Source of the DNA: Actinomycetota bacterium
Lineage (GTDB): Bacteria; Actinomycetota; AC-67
Length of the DNA: 64,000 nucleotides
Reading direction: 5' to 3'
Assembly: GCA_046565595.1 (NCBI GenBank)
Contig: JBKHYG010000021.1
Coordinates: 1,455 to 65,454, forward strand
The translations under genes were made by a program, and so were the position numbers. This document shows, piece by piece, positions 57,250 through 64,000 of this stretch. Each line of letters starts with the position of its first letter. Position 1 is the stretch's first letter. The notes under the pieces are model-generated. The model did no database searches, was not told where the DNA came from, and saw only the letters and a program-made list of their open reading frames with translations.

Positions 57250-57825
57250 ATGACTCGAGATGCGGACCTCAAGCGCCTGGTGCGCGCCCGCATGGCCTCG
57301 ACCGGCGAGAACTACACCACCGCACGCGCCGCCCTCCTCCGCCCGAAGGAGGTTCCGATGCTCACAGTCACCGTCGATGTCCGCGTCTACAACCGCTCCG
57401 AGCAGGAGATCGAGACCATGCGCGCGCGGCTCCAAGAGAAGTCCGGTCCGGGGTCTACGGAAGGCATGGATCTGTCCAAACAGGATGTGATCGTGCTCAG
57501 CGAGGACAGCGGCCCGCGGAAACTGGCCATCTGGTGCGCCAACGCGGAGGCAACTTCGATCAGGTGGGCACTTGATGGAGTCGAGACCGAGCGCCCCATG
57601 ACGCACGATCTGCTGCGAGACGTCGTCACGGCCATGGGCGAACCCCGTGCTGTGCGCGTCACCGGCTTGCGCGACAAGACCTACTACGCCGAGCTCGTCG
57701 TCGTCGATCGCGCAGGCGTCGAGCAAACGATCTCCTGCAGGCCCTCCGACGGGATCGCCTTCGGGCTACGCGCCAGCATCCCAATCCTCGTAGCCGATGA
57801 GCTGATGTCGACATACGAGGACTGA
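57250..57825 (+). CDS. second DUF151/bifunctional-nuclease paralog with a ~30-aa N-terminal extension
   Basis: RPMTHDLLRDVV...ISCRPSDGIAFGLRASIPILV aligns with the 3907-4398 protein; N-terminus MTRDADLKRLVRARMASTGENYTTARAAL. Confidence 0.6.
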   Translation: MTRDADLKRLVRARMASTGENYTTARAALLRPKEVPMLTVTVDVRVYNRSEQEIETMRARLQEKSGPGSTEGMDLSKQDVIVLSEDSGPRKLAIWCANAEATSIRWALDGVETERPMTHDLLRDVVTAMGEPRAVRVTGLRDKTYYAELVVVDRAGVEQTISCRPSDGIAFGLRASIPILVADELMSTYED

Positions 57826-57942
57826 GGCTCGCCTCGACACAGCCACGCGCAGCCGCCCGATCATCGCCGCCAGGTCGCCGAGGAGCGATGCAGATGCGCG
57901 TTCTTCGCCGGCATGAACTCTGCTTCGACGCCGAGATGCCGA

Positions 57943-58683
57943 TCAGAACCCGCCGTCGCTGCGGATGATCTGACCGTTGATCCAGGCCCCTCGGTCCGAG
58001 CACAAGAACGCGACCAGGTTCGCGGCATCCTCGGGTCGCCCGAGGCGTCCCAACAGCGTTCGTGCCCGCAACTGGTCTGCGAGCTCGGGCGACATCCACC
58101 CGGTGTCGGTCGGCCCCGGATGCACGATGTTCGCGGTGATGCCCTGGCCGCGGAACTCGTGAGCTGCGGCCACGACGATCCGCTCCATCGCGCCCTTGCT
58201 CGCCCCGTATGGAAGATTGCCCGCCGTGTGGTCGCTCGTCATCGCGATGATGCGGCCTGTCCCGAACGGACCTGGGAACCGACGACCGAACTCCCTCACC
58301 AGCAGCCAAACGGCTCTCGCGTTGACCGAGAAGTGCAGGTCGAATGATTCGACGGTCGTGGCCTCGATGTCGGTGACGATGTCGTGGCAATGATTCGCGA
58401 TCAAAGCCGTAACTGGACCGAGCTGAGCCTCGACTTCATCGAACACCTCGACCGCCGCGTCCGGACGCGACAAGTCTGCCTCGATCTCGATCGCTTGCGC
58501 GCCTAGGTCTCTCAGCATCGCCACAAGGTTCGGCTCGTCGGCACCCCACGGCATCTCTGCGTCGTACGGTTTCCACACCGTCGTGGCCACATCCCAGCCC
58601 TCGGACGCCAGTGCGCGGGCAATGCCAGCGCCGATACCGATCCTTCGACTCGCGCCTGTGACCAGAGCAACAGGTCTCTTCAC
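57943..58683 (-). CDS. short-chain dehydrogenase/reductase (SDR) family oxidoreductase
   Basis: VALVTGASRRIGIGAGIARALA (TGxxxGIG), catalytic YGASKGA. Confidence 0.8.
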   Translation of the reverse strand: MKRPVALVTGASRRIGIGAGIARALASEGWDVATTVWKPYDAEMPWGADEPNLVAMLRDLGAQAIEIEADLSRPDAAVEVFDEVEAQLGPVTALIANHCHDIVTDIEATTVESFDLHFSVNARAVWLLVREFGRRFPGPFGTGRIIAMTSDHTAGNLPYGASKGAMERIVVAAAHEFRGQGITANIVHPGPTDTGWMSPELADQLRARTLLGRLGRPEDAANLVAFLCSDRGAWINGQIIRSDGGF

Positions 58684-59270
58684 GAGGGCATCCTCCCCCG
58701 GCCGCTTTCATTGACATGCTTGAGGATGGCGTCAGCGGCCTGCTCCGGCGTCAGATCCGATGTGTCCAGGCGAAACGCGTTGGGGTGGTCGATCTCGAGA
58801 AGTCGGAACGAGTTGCGCCAACGATCGATCGACGAAGCATCGGTCGTCTTCCGTCGCTCACGCCGCTGCGGCGTATCGATGCGTTGCCGCATCACTGCCT
58901 CGCTCGCCTCTAGCCAGATCGGCACGAACGTCCCGCCCCGATCGAGCGCGAGCGCCTCAATGGTCTCGAACAAGGCGACCGAGGGCGGATCATCGGCATC
59001 GAGGACGTTCGTGAACACGAAGCAGTCCTCGGGAGCGCAGTCTTCGCGGATCGTGTCGAGAACCGCCTCGCGGATGCGCTCGATCTTGTCCCAGGCGCCC
59101 TTGGGGAACGGGAAGGCATCGGTGCCGTCGAAACCAACAGCGGTGAACACCGGTACATTGATGAGCTGGTTATCGATCACTCGCGCGCCGGTTCGGGCGG
59201 CGATGGCCGTAGCGATCGTGTGCTTGCCGACCGCCGGCAAGCCGATCAAGTAGATGATGGTTCTTCTCAC
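58680..59270 (-). CDS. P-loop NTPase / small-molecule kinase-like protein
   Basis: GTG start; Walker A GLPAVGKHT; ATGA-type overlap with the SDR gene. Confidence 0.55.
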   Translation of the reverse strand: MRRTIIYLIGLPAVGKHTIATAIAARTGARVIDNQLINVPVFTAVGFDGTDAFPFPKGAWDKIERIREAVLDTIREDCAPEDCFVFTNVLDADDPPSVALFETIEALALDRGGTFVPIWLEASEAVMRQRIDTPQRRERRKTTDASSIDRWRNSFRLLEIDHPNAFRLDTSDLTPEQAADAILKHVNESGRGRMPS

Positions 59271-59382
59271 CAGACGAGTGTCTCACGAACGAACGCGCCT
59301 TGTACAGAGTTTCGGCTGCCGCACGCTCAGACGCGATCAGGAAGCTCGACCTGCCGAGCCCTGGTACCCAGGGTCAGTGCAC

Positions 59383-59517
59383 TTGATAGGACAGCTTTCA
59401 AACCTGCGAGCGGAGGTTCAAGAGCTCTTGCGAGCTTGCCTAGCGATCAACCCGGACTACCCAGCGGGTCATCGCTCCGATGGTTCTCGGTCTGGTCCTC
59501 CAGCGCTGCCTGGCTAA
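59383..59517 (+). other. small ORF (44 aa, TTG start) MIGQLSNLRAEVQELLRACLA..., paralog of 56871-56957
   Basis: Shares the TGATAGGACAGCTTT...GGAGGT block; flanked by the palindromes CCCTGGTACCCAGGG (59359-59373) and CAAGAGCTCTTG (59419-59430). Confidence 0.35.
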
Positions 59518-59785
59518 GGGCGGACCGGTACTCGTCTTCCGAGACAGGTCTCGCAACCCTACGCATCCACGCCCCGAATCGCGCACGAAACTCCCGATCG
59601 CTCATCGCCAACGCGAGGTTTCGCCTTAGCACAAGCATCGCCTCTTCTTCGGTTACGCCAGTGCCCTCAAGGCCAAGCCCTGCGACGCGCGCCGCGAAAC
59701 GCTCCCCGTCCGCTTCGACGGATGCGACTTCAGACAGATCGACAGCCATCCCCCAGCTTCCACTGGGGGATGGCTGATCGTTCAT
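59447..59785 (-). CDS. HicB-like/DUF1902-like small protein
   Basis: GERFAARVAGLGLEGTGVTEEEAMLVLRRNLALAM resembles HicB/UPF0150-type antitoxin N-domains. Confidence 0.4.
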   Translation of the reverse strand: MNDQPSPSGSWGMAVDLSEVASVEADGERFAARVAGLGLEGTGVTEEEAMLVLRRNLALAMSDREFRARFGAWMRRVARPVSEDEYRSALSQAALEDQTENHRSDDPLGSPG

Positions 59786-59790
59786 TGGGG

Positions 59791-60093
59791 TCACTCGTCG
59801 ATCCAGTAGAGGGTCCCTCCGATGTCGCAAACCATGAACGTTGCGTTCGGCACAGGGGGCTGCTGACCCGCGGTCGGCGGTGTCGGAGCGTCCAAGGCAC
59901 CTGGAGTCACATCTCCGGGGAGCGGGTCCCCGATCTGCCACCCGACAGGCGTCCAATCCGGATCCACCCGAACCGTGACGCCATTCGCGGGACCCAGCTC
60001 GGCAGTCCAGATCCAGCAGATGATCACTCCGTCGGCGTGAGCCGGGGCGAGCCAGGGGCCAAGAGATAGCGCCGCGACGGCAGCGACCGTCAT
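59791..60093 (-). CDS. hypothetical small secreted protein
   Basis: Signal peptide MTVAAVAALSLGPWLAPAHADG. Confidence 0.3.
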   Translation of the reverse strand: MTVAAVAALSLGPWLAPAHADGVIICWIWTAELGPANGVTVRVDPDWTPVGWQIGDPLPGDVTPGALDAPTPPTAGQQPPVPNATFMVCDIGGTLYWIDE

Positions 60094-60138
60094 GACCTTG
60101 CGTCGGATAGTTCGCACACCGATCTCCTTCCTGATCAG

Positions 60139-60188
60139 GAGATCCCTTGTCCTTGGGATCCCTTGTCCTTGGGATCCCTTGTCCGCGA
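60139..60188. repeat. 16-bp tandem repeat GATCCCTTGTCCTTGG x ~3
   Basis: Units at 60141-60156, 60157-60172 and a degenerate third copy 60173-60188; lies between the small secreted gene and tRNA-Leu. Confidence 0.6.
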
Positions 60189-60346
60189 GATGGTGCCTGA
60201 CTCCTTTCTATATGTCAAGCTTTTCTGGACATAAGGGACCCGCGGTGCTGATCGCGCTGGGCCGGGGAACATCCCACTCGACGCGGAATCATCCCCACGA
60301 ACTCCTAGGCCAATTACCCCTGATGGCCGAGGCTCCTGAGAGCCTG

Positions 60347-60430
60347 TGCGGGTGAGAGGACTCGAACCTCCACGTCCTTGCGAACACATGGCCCTCAACC
60401 ATGCCTGTCTACCAATTTCAGCACACCCGC
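60347..60430 (-). tRNA. tRNA-Leu (anticodon GAG), class II with long variable arm
   Basis: Reverse complement folds as acceptor GCGGGTG / CACCCGC, D-arm CTGAAATTGGTAGACAG, anticodon stem CATGG/CCATG with loop TTGAGGG, long variable arm, T-arm GGAGGTTCGAGTCCTCT; no encoded CCA. Confidence 0.85.
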
Positions 60431-60473
60431 TTGCGGGCGCCGAGTGTACCAGCGCCGCTAGTGGCGTTCAGCC

Positions 60474-61868
60474 TCAGGCGACGATCGGAGCGAGCCAAAC
60501 GGTGGCCGGATCGAACGATCCGGATCCGTCGGGAACGAGCCCTCGGAGTCGTTCGGTGCCCTGGATACGGGTCACGAGGTGGATGAGCGGGATGTTCGGC
60601 AACTGACCCAGCGCTCGCTGCTGAGCCGACGCGTAAGCCTCCAGCCGCTGCCCAGGATCCACGGTCCTCCTGGCCCTCGCGATCGCTTGATCGAACGCAT
60701 CGTCTTGGAATCCGGTCTTGTTGTCGACACTGGTGGACAGAAGTTGGCCCGCAAGGAACCCGTCGGGACTTGGCACCTCTGCAAGCCACCCGAGTTGGAT
60801 CAGGTCGAATCTCTTCTCAGCCAGCACGCGCGGATACGCCGCGGGAGAGACAGGCACGGTGCGCGCCGGGATACCGGCGGCGTTCAACTGGCGGCGAACC
60901 TCCGCCATCAGTTCGCGGCTGGGGTCATCGTTCAGGTGCACCAGACGCAGTCGAGATGCAGGCTTGTTCGCTCGGCTCCAGCGTTCCCGCGCCTCGACGG
61001 GATCTCGTCTGGGAGCTTGGGGCGCAGGCAGGATCGAGCCGGGAACCAGACCCGGTGCCGGAACGCCCCGCGGCCCCTTCTGGCTGAGCGTCTCGAGATC
61101 GAGGGCGAGACGGATCGCGCGCCTGGCTGATAGATCACCGAGTCGGCCAAGGTTGACGCCAAGCGAGAGCGTCGCCCAGACCGGAGATACCGTCGCATCC
61201 AGGTTCGCTTCGCCTCGCACATAGGCCACATCGACGGTCCGGGCCCGGAGTGCGCGCGCACCGTCCTGCACGACGCGCAACTCGATCCGCTCGAGCAGAG
61301 CGGTCGGACCGCGTGAGGTCAGGTTGCGTTCCAGTACCGCACGCCGGCCGAGCTCCACCTCACGCAGCACGAAAGGTCCAGTCGAAGCCCGCGATGGACC
61401 GAACTTCTCGCCCGGGCCAGGGACTATCCCCGCGGCCGGGTGCGCGAGCATGACCGGGAACTCTGAGAAGGGCGCGGACAGGCGGAACACGATCTTGCGA
61501 GGAGTGGGAGTGTCGATCCCCCGGAGTTGTCGACGCGAACCGAGCAGGTTCACCTCGCGGAAGCCGACGATCTGGGAGAGCACGAAAGCGTGTGGGCTTC
61601 CCGTAGAACGCCTCGCGAGCCGGTCGAACCATGCCCTGACCGCACCGGAGGTGATCGGCGACCCGTCGCTGGAGCGCAGGCCCTCGCGAAGCACGAACTC
61701 GTACCGGGTCGCATCAGCCGACGCCTTCCACGATGATGCGAGTCCACCTTCGACCCGGCGTTCGGTGACGGCAGAGATGACCGTCAAGCCTTGGAAGCGT
61801 GCGCGCGCGAGCAACAGTTCTGCGGGCTGCAACGCCTTGGCGGGATCGAGCGAGTCGAGGCTTCCCAC
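60474..61868 (-). CDS. ABC-transporter solute-binding protein, family 5 (peptide/nickel type)-like
   Basis: 464 aa periplasmic-binding-like protein; family assignment from overall composition and motifs only. Confidence 0.45.
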   Translation of the reverse strand: MGSLDSLDPAKALQPAELLLARARFQGLTVISAVTERRVEGGLASSWKASADATRYEFVLREGLRSSDGSPITSGAVRAWFDRLARRSTGSPHAFVLSQIVGFREVNLLGSRRQLRGIDTPTPRKIVFRLSAPFSEFPVMLAHPAAGIVPGPGEKFGPSRASTGPFVLREVELGRRAVLERNLTSRGPTALLERIELRVVQDGARALRARTVDVAYVRGEANLDATVSPVWATLSLGVNLGRLGDLSARRAIRLALDLETLSQKGPRGVPAPGLVPGSILPAPQAPRRDPVEARERWSRANKPASRLRLVHLNDDPSRELMAEVRRQLNAAGIPARTVPVSPAAYPRVLAEKRFDLIQLGWLAEVPSPDGFLAGQLLSTSVDNKTGFQDDAFDQAIARARRTVDPGQRLEAYASAQQRALGQLPNIPLIHLVTRIQGTERLRGLVPDGSGSFDPATVWLAPIVA

Positions 61869-61978
61869 GCCGACCCGAAGGGTGCCTCCTGGGACGGGCG
61901 TTTCGACCGGCGGCTTGGATGAGCCCGTGCATGCGACCAGGGCGGCTAGCGCTGCCCCGGCCAGGCGTCTACCGAGTG

Positions 61979-62335
61979 TCAGGAGCTGGTGGGGGTCGGT
62001 TCTGCGCCCGTCGGCGGTGTGGCGTCGCCGGTGGGCAGCGGGATGTCGGTCGGGAGGTCTGTCGGGATCGTGGTCGGGACCGTCGTCGGCGTCGCAGGTG
62101 CGCGATCACGGTCAGAGATCAGGAAGCCCAGAGATACCGTCGTGACCAGGAAGAGGCTCGCGGCGAAGACGGTCAACCGGTCCAGGTTCTTCTCTGCCAG
62201 GGTGGAGCCTCCGAGGCTCATGCCGCCACCGAACATGTCTGACAGGCCGCCGCCACGGCCGGCGTGCAGCAGGATGAAGGTGATCAGCAGACCAGTCGCG
62301 ATCAGGTGCAACACCGTTACAAGGATGAACAGCAC
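61979..62335 (-). CDS. secG: preprotein translocase subunit SecG
   Basis: HAGRGGGLSDMFGGG...STLAEKNLDRLTVF closely matches actinobacterial SecG; Pro/Thr-rich C-terminal extension. Confidence 0.8.
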   Translation of the reverse strand: MLFILVTVLHLIATGLLITFILLHAGRGGGLSDMFGGGMSLGGSTLAEKNLDRLTVFAASLFLVTTVSLGFLISDRDRAPATPTTVPTTIPTDLPTDIPLPTGDATPPTGAEPTPTSS

Positions 62336-62392
62336 TAAGAACCCTTCCTAGAGGACAAGCGGCGGGCATCGTACCACGGGGCGAGGGCCCCC

Positions 62393-63970
62393 CTAGCGCC
62401 TGGAGAGGTTGGCTGGGTCGCCTTGAGGGAACATCGGCGTGGCCATCGGGTTGGTCAGATCTCGGCCGAAAGCTCCGCGCTCTGGTGTGACCGACGAGGC
62501 CATGATCAGAGCCTCCCGCGCGATGGTCTGAGCGACCCTCTTCCACCGGTTCCTAGCGACCTCTGGATCGACAGCGGCTCGAGCGCTGTTGATCTCGCGA
62601 GCCAGGCGGCTGGAACGCGGCGCGAATCCGGCGGGCCCGAAGAGATCCTCGAGCATGGCAGCCGCTCCCTGGCCCGGCACCGCTCCACACCAGGTGAATA
62701 GGACCAGCGCAGGACGGCTCCTTGATGTCAGGACCTCACCGAGCCGATCGGGTGGGACCAAGATGACGCGGATGTCGGCGACCGGCTGAAGGGCGTTACG
62801 GAGACGCGTCGTGTCGGTTCGGTCCCGGCCGCTCTGTGTGGCTACCAGCGTCAGGGATGGCCTGCTCGAGATCTCGCTCAAGGGAGGCCGCGGATCGCCT
62901 CCGCCGCCGACGATGATCGGCGGGAGCGCGTTGGCGGTCCACGCTCCAACCGTAGCGCCGGCCACCCGTCTGGCCAGTCGCTGTCTGATCGCTGCGTCGC
63001 CCAGGGGCGAGACCCGGTGATTGGCGAGCACCAACCGGGTGCATCGGCTGGCGGCTTCCAAGGGAGACCGATGATCGGATGGCCAGATGTCTGGAGGTCC
63101 AGGCTCGCCCACCATGTCGGCCATCCCCGAACCGACCGCCGCGAAGGCGTCTGCAGGCGAGGACTTGACGGTCAGCATGATCCCGTCCGACGGCGCATCC
63201 CGGACGGGGTCGTCGCGCCAGTGCGGATTGCGCTCTAACACGGTGCGGCCGTCGGGTATGTCTTGGGTCACGCGATAAGGCCCGAGTCCCGGGACCGTGC
63301 CTCTGGCAGCAGGTGTCCCCGCCGGCAGGATCGCGGCGCTTGGATGCGCCAGCAGCCATGCCAGGTCATACGCGGGCCGCGCCAGCGTTATCTCTAGCGT
63401 CCGGTCGTCGGGTGCGCGCGCCGATCGGAAGGGGATGGCGCGCGCAACCTCGCCGTCGGCGGAGACGAACCGCGAGATGCTCGAAGCGGCATCGGATGCT
63501 TTGAACACGCGACCGCCAGAGAACCGCAGTCCGCCTCGGAGAGGGATGGTGACGGTGAGACCGTCATCAGAGAAGACCGGCATCTCGGTCGCAACATCGG
63601 GGACGGGCATCGCGCCGGCGGGGAACGGCGCCTGCGGGAAGGCGTACAAGCCACGGTGCAGCAGCCGCGCGAACAGCCATCCGACCGGAAGGCGACTTCG
63701 GTGAGGGTCTCTCGAATCTGGCGGATCGGCGAGGGTGATCCGCAGCGTGCCCGCGGCTCGAGCATGCTGAACCTTGCCGGGAAGCAGCGTCGCCATCATG
63801 CCGACGGCGAGGAGCCCGATCACGCCCAGGCGGATCAGGTCGGCAGGACCGCGTCGGACAGGGGGAAGTAGCAAGCGGCCTCGTGCTCGCTGCCGTGGGC
63901 AGTCATCGGGGGCTGTTCTGCTGCGCATGTGGGAAGTTGGGCCTTCGGGCACCGAGGATGGAACCGGCAA
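62393..63970 (-). CDS. solute-binding-protein-like (family 5-like) secreted protein; start uncertain
   Basis: Long ORF with an N-terminal TM/signal region [13 protein letters not shown]; weak similarity in layout to the 60474-61868 product. Confidence 0.35.
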   Translation of the reverse strand: MPVPSSVPEGPTSHMRSRTAPDDCPRQRARGRLLLPPVRRGPADLIRLGVIGLLAVGMMATLLPGKVQHARAAGTLRITLADPPDSRDPHRSRLPVGWLFARLLHRGLYAFPQAPFPAGAMPVPDVATEMPVFSDDGLTVTIPLRGGLRFSGGRVFKASDAASSISRFVSADGEVARAIPFRSARAPDDRTLEITLARPAYDLAWLLAHPSAAILPAGTPAARGTVPGLGPYRVTQDIPDGRTVLERNPHWRDDPVRDAPSDGIMLTVKSSPADAFAAVGSGMADMVGEPGPPDIWPSDHRSPLEAASRCTRLVLANHRVSPLGDAAIRQRLARRVAGATVGAWTANALPPIIVGGGGDPRPPLSEISSRPSLTLVATQSGRDRTDTTRLRNALQPVADIRVILVPPDRLGEVLTSRSRPALVLFTWCGAVPGQGAAAMLEDLFGPAGFAPRSSRLAREINSARAAVDPEVARNRWKRVAQTIAREALIMASSVTPERGAFGRDLTNPMATPMFPQGDPANLSRR

Positions 63971-64000
63971 CCGCTCGGAGGGTCTATCGGACTTGGAACA

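Noticed and set aside
56778-57293. 171-aa minus-strand ORF covering the conserved 60-nt block
   Set aside because: The two copies of the block are conserved in the same frame only on the + strand. On the minus strand the frames differ by one nucleotide, so this ORF is not what is under selection.
60430-63970. secG flanked by two family-5 solute-binding-protein genes as a transporter operon
   Set aside because: No permease or ATPase genes are in the window (it ends at 64000). SecG is a housekeeping gene that simply lies between them, so no system could be supported.

Overview
High-GC actinobacterial chromosomal segment with strong gene-order similarity to Mycobacterium/Corynebacteriales-type loci, on both strands. 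Three conserved blocks are recognisable: (i) the gcvH/FHA(garA-like)/MerR/DUF151 region, here with an inserted hpt and a split glycine dehydrogenase (gcvPA/gcvPB); (ii) ppm1–lnt, present as two separate genes joined by a GTGA overlap; (iii) the Pup–proteasome neighbourhood helY–tatC–tatA–pafC–pafB ... pafA ... prcA–prcB–pup–dop–arc–trmI, interrupted by a giant RTX-type Ca-binding repeat protein, a divergently transcribed conserved hypothetical gene, lgt and an HExxH metalloprotease. The most unusual element is a translationally coupled four-gene operon, nurA-like / herA-like / sbcD(mre11) / sbcC(rad50), at 10.6–16.9 kb. This is the archaeal-type DNA-end resection machinery in a bacterial chromosome, and its HerA-like ATPase carries a deviant P-loop. 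Other content: an archaeal-type polyamine operon (pdaD–speH–speE–speB); an ECF sigma / DUF5667 anti-sigma / metzincin / M50 protease cluster; a CopB-type P-type ATPase with a secreted protein and a BNR lipoprotein; and an accessory-looking stretch (52.4–60.4 kb) ending at a tRNA-Leu(GAG). That stretch contains a RelE/ParE–Phd pair whose toxin start is CTG instead of ATG, a second DUF151 nuclease paralog, a HicB-like gene, a P-loop kinase, two paralogous small ORFs conserved at the peptide level, and short tandem repeats. Adjacent genes are very often joined by 4-bp ATGA/GTGA/TTGA overlaps. Many long antisense ORFs in the six-frame track are GC-driven artefacts and were not called. All functional calls rest on motif recognition by eye; no database searches were possible.
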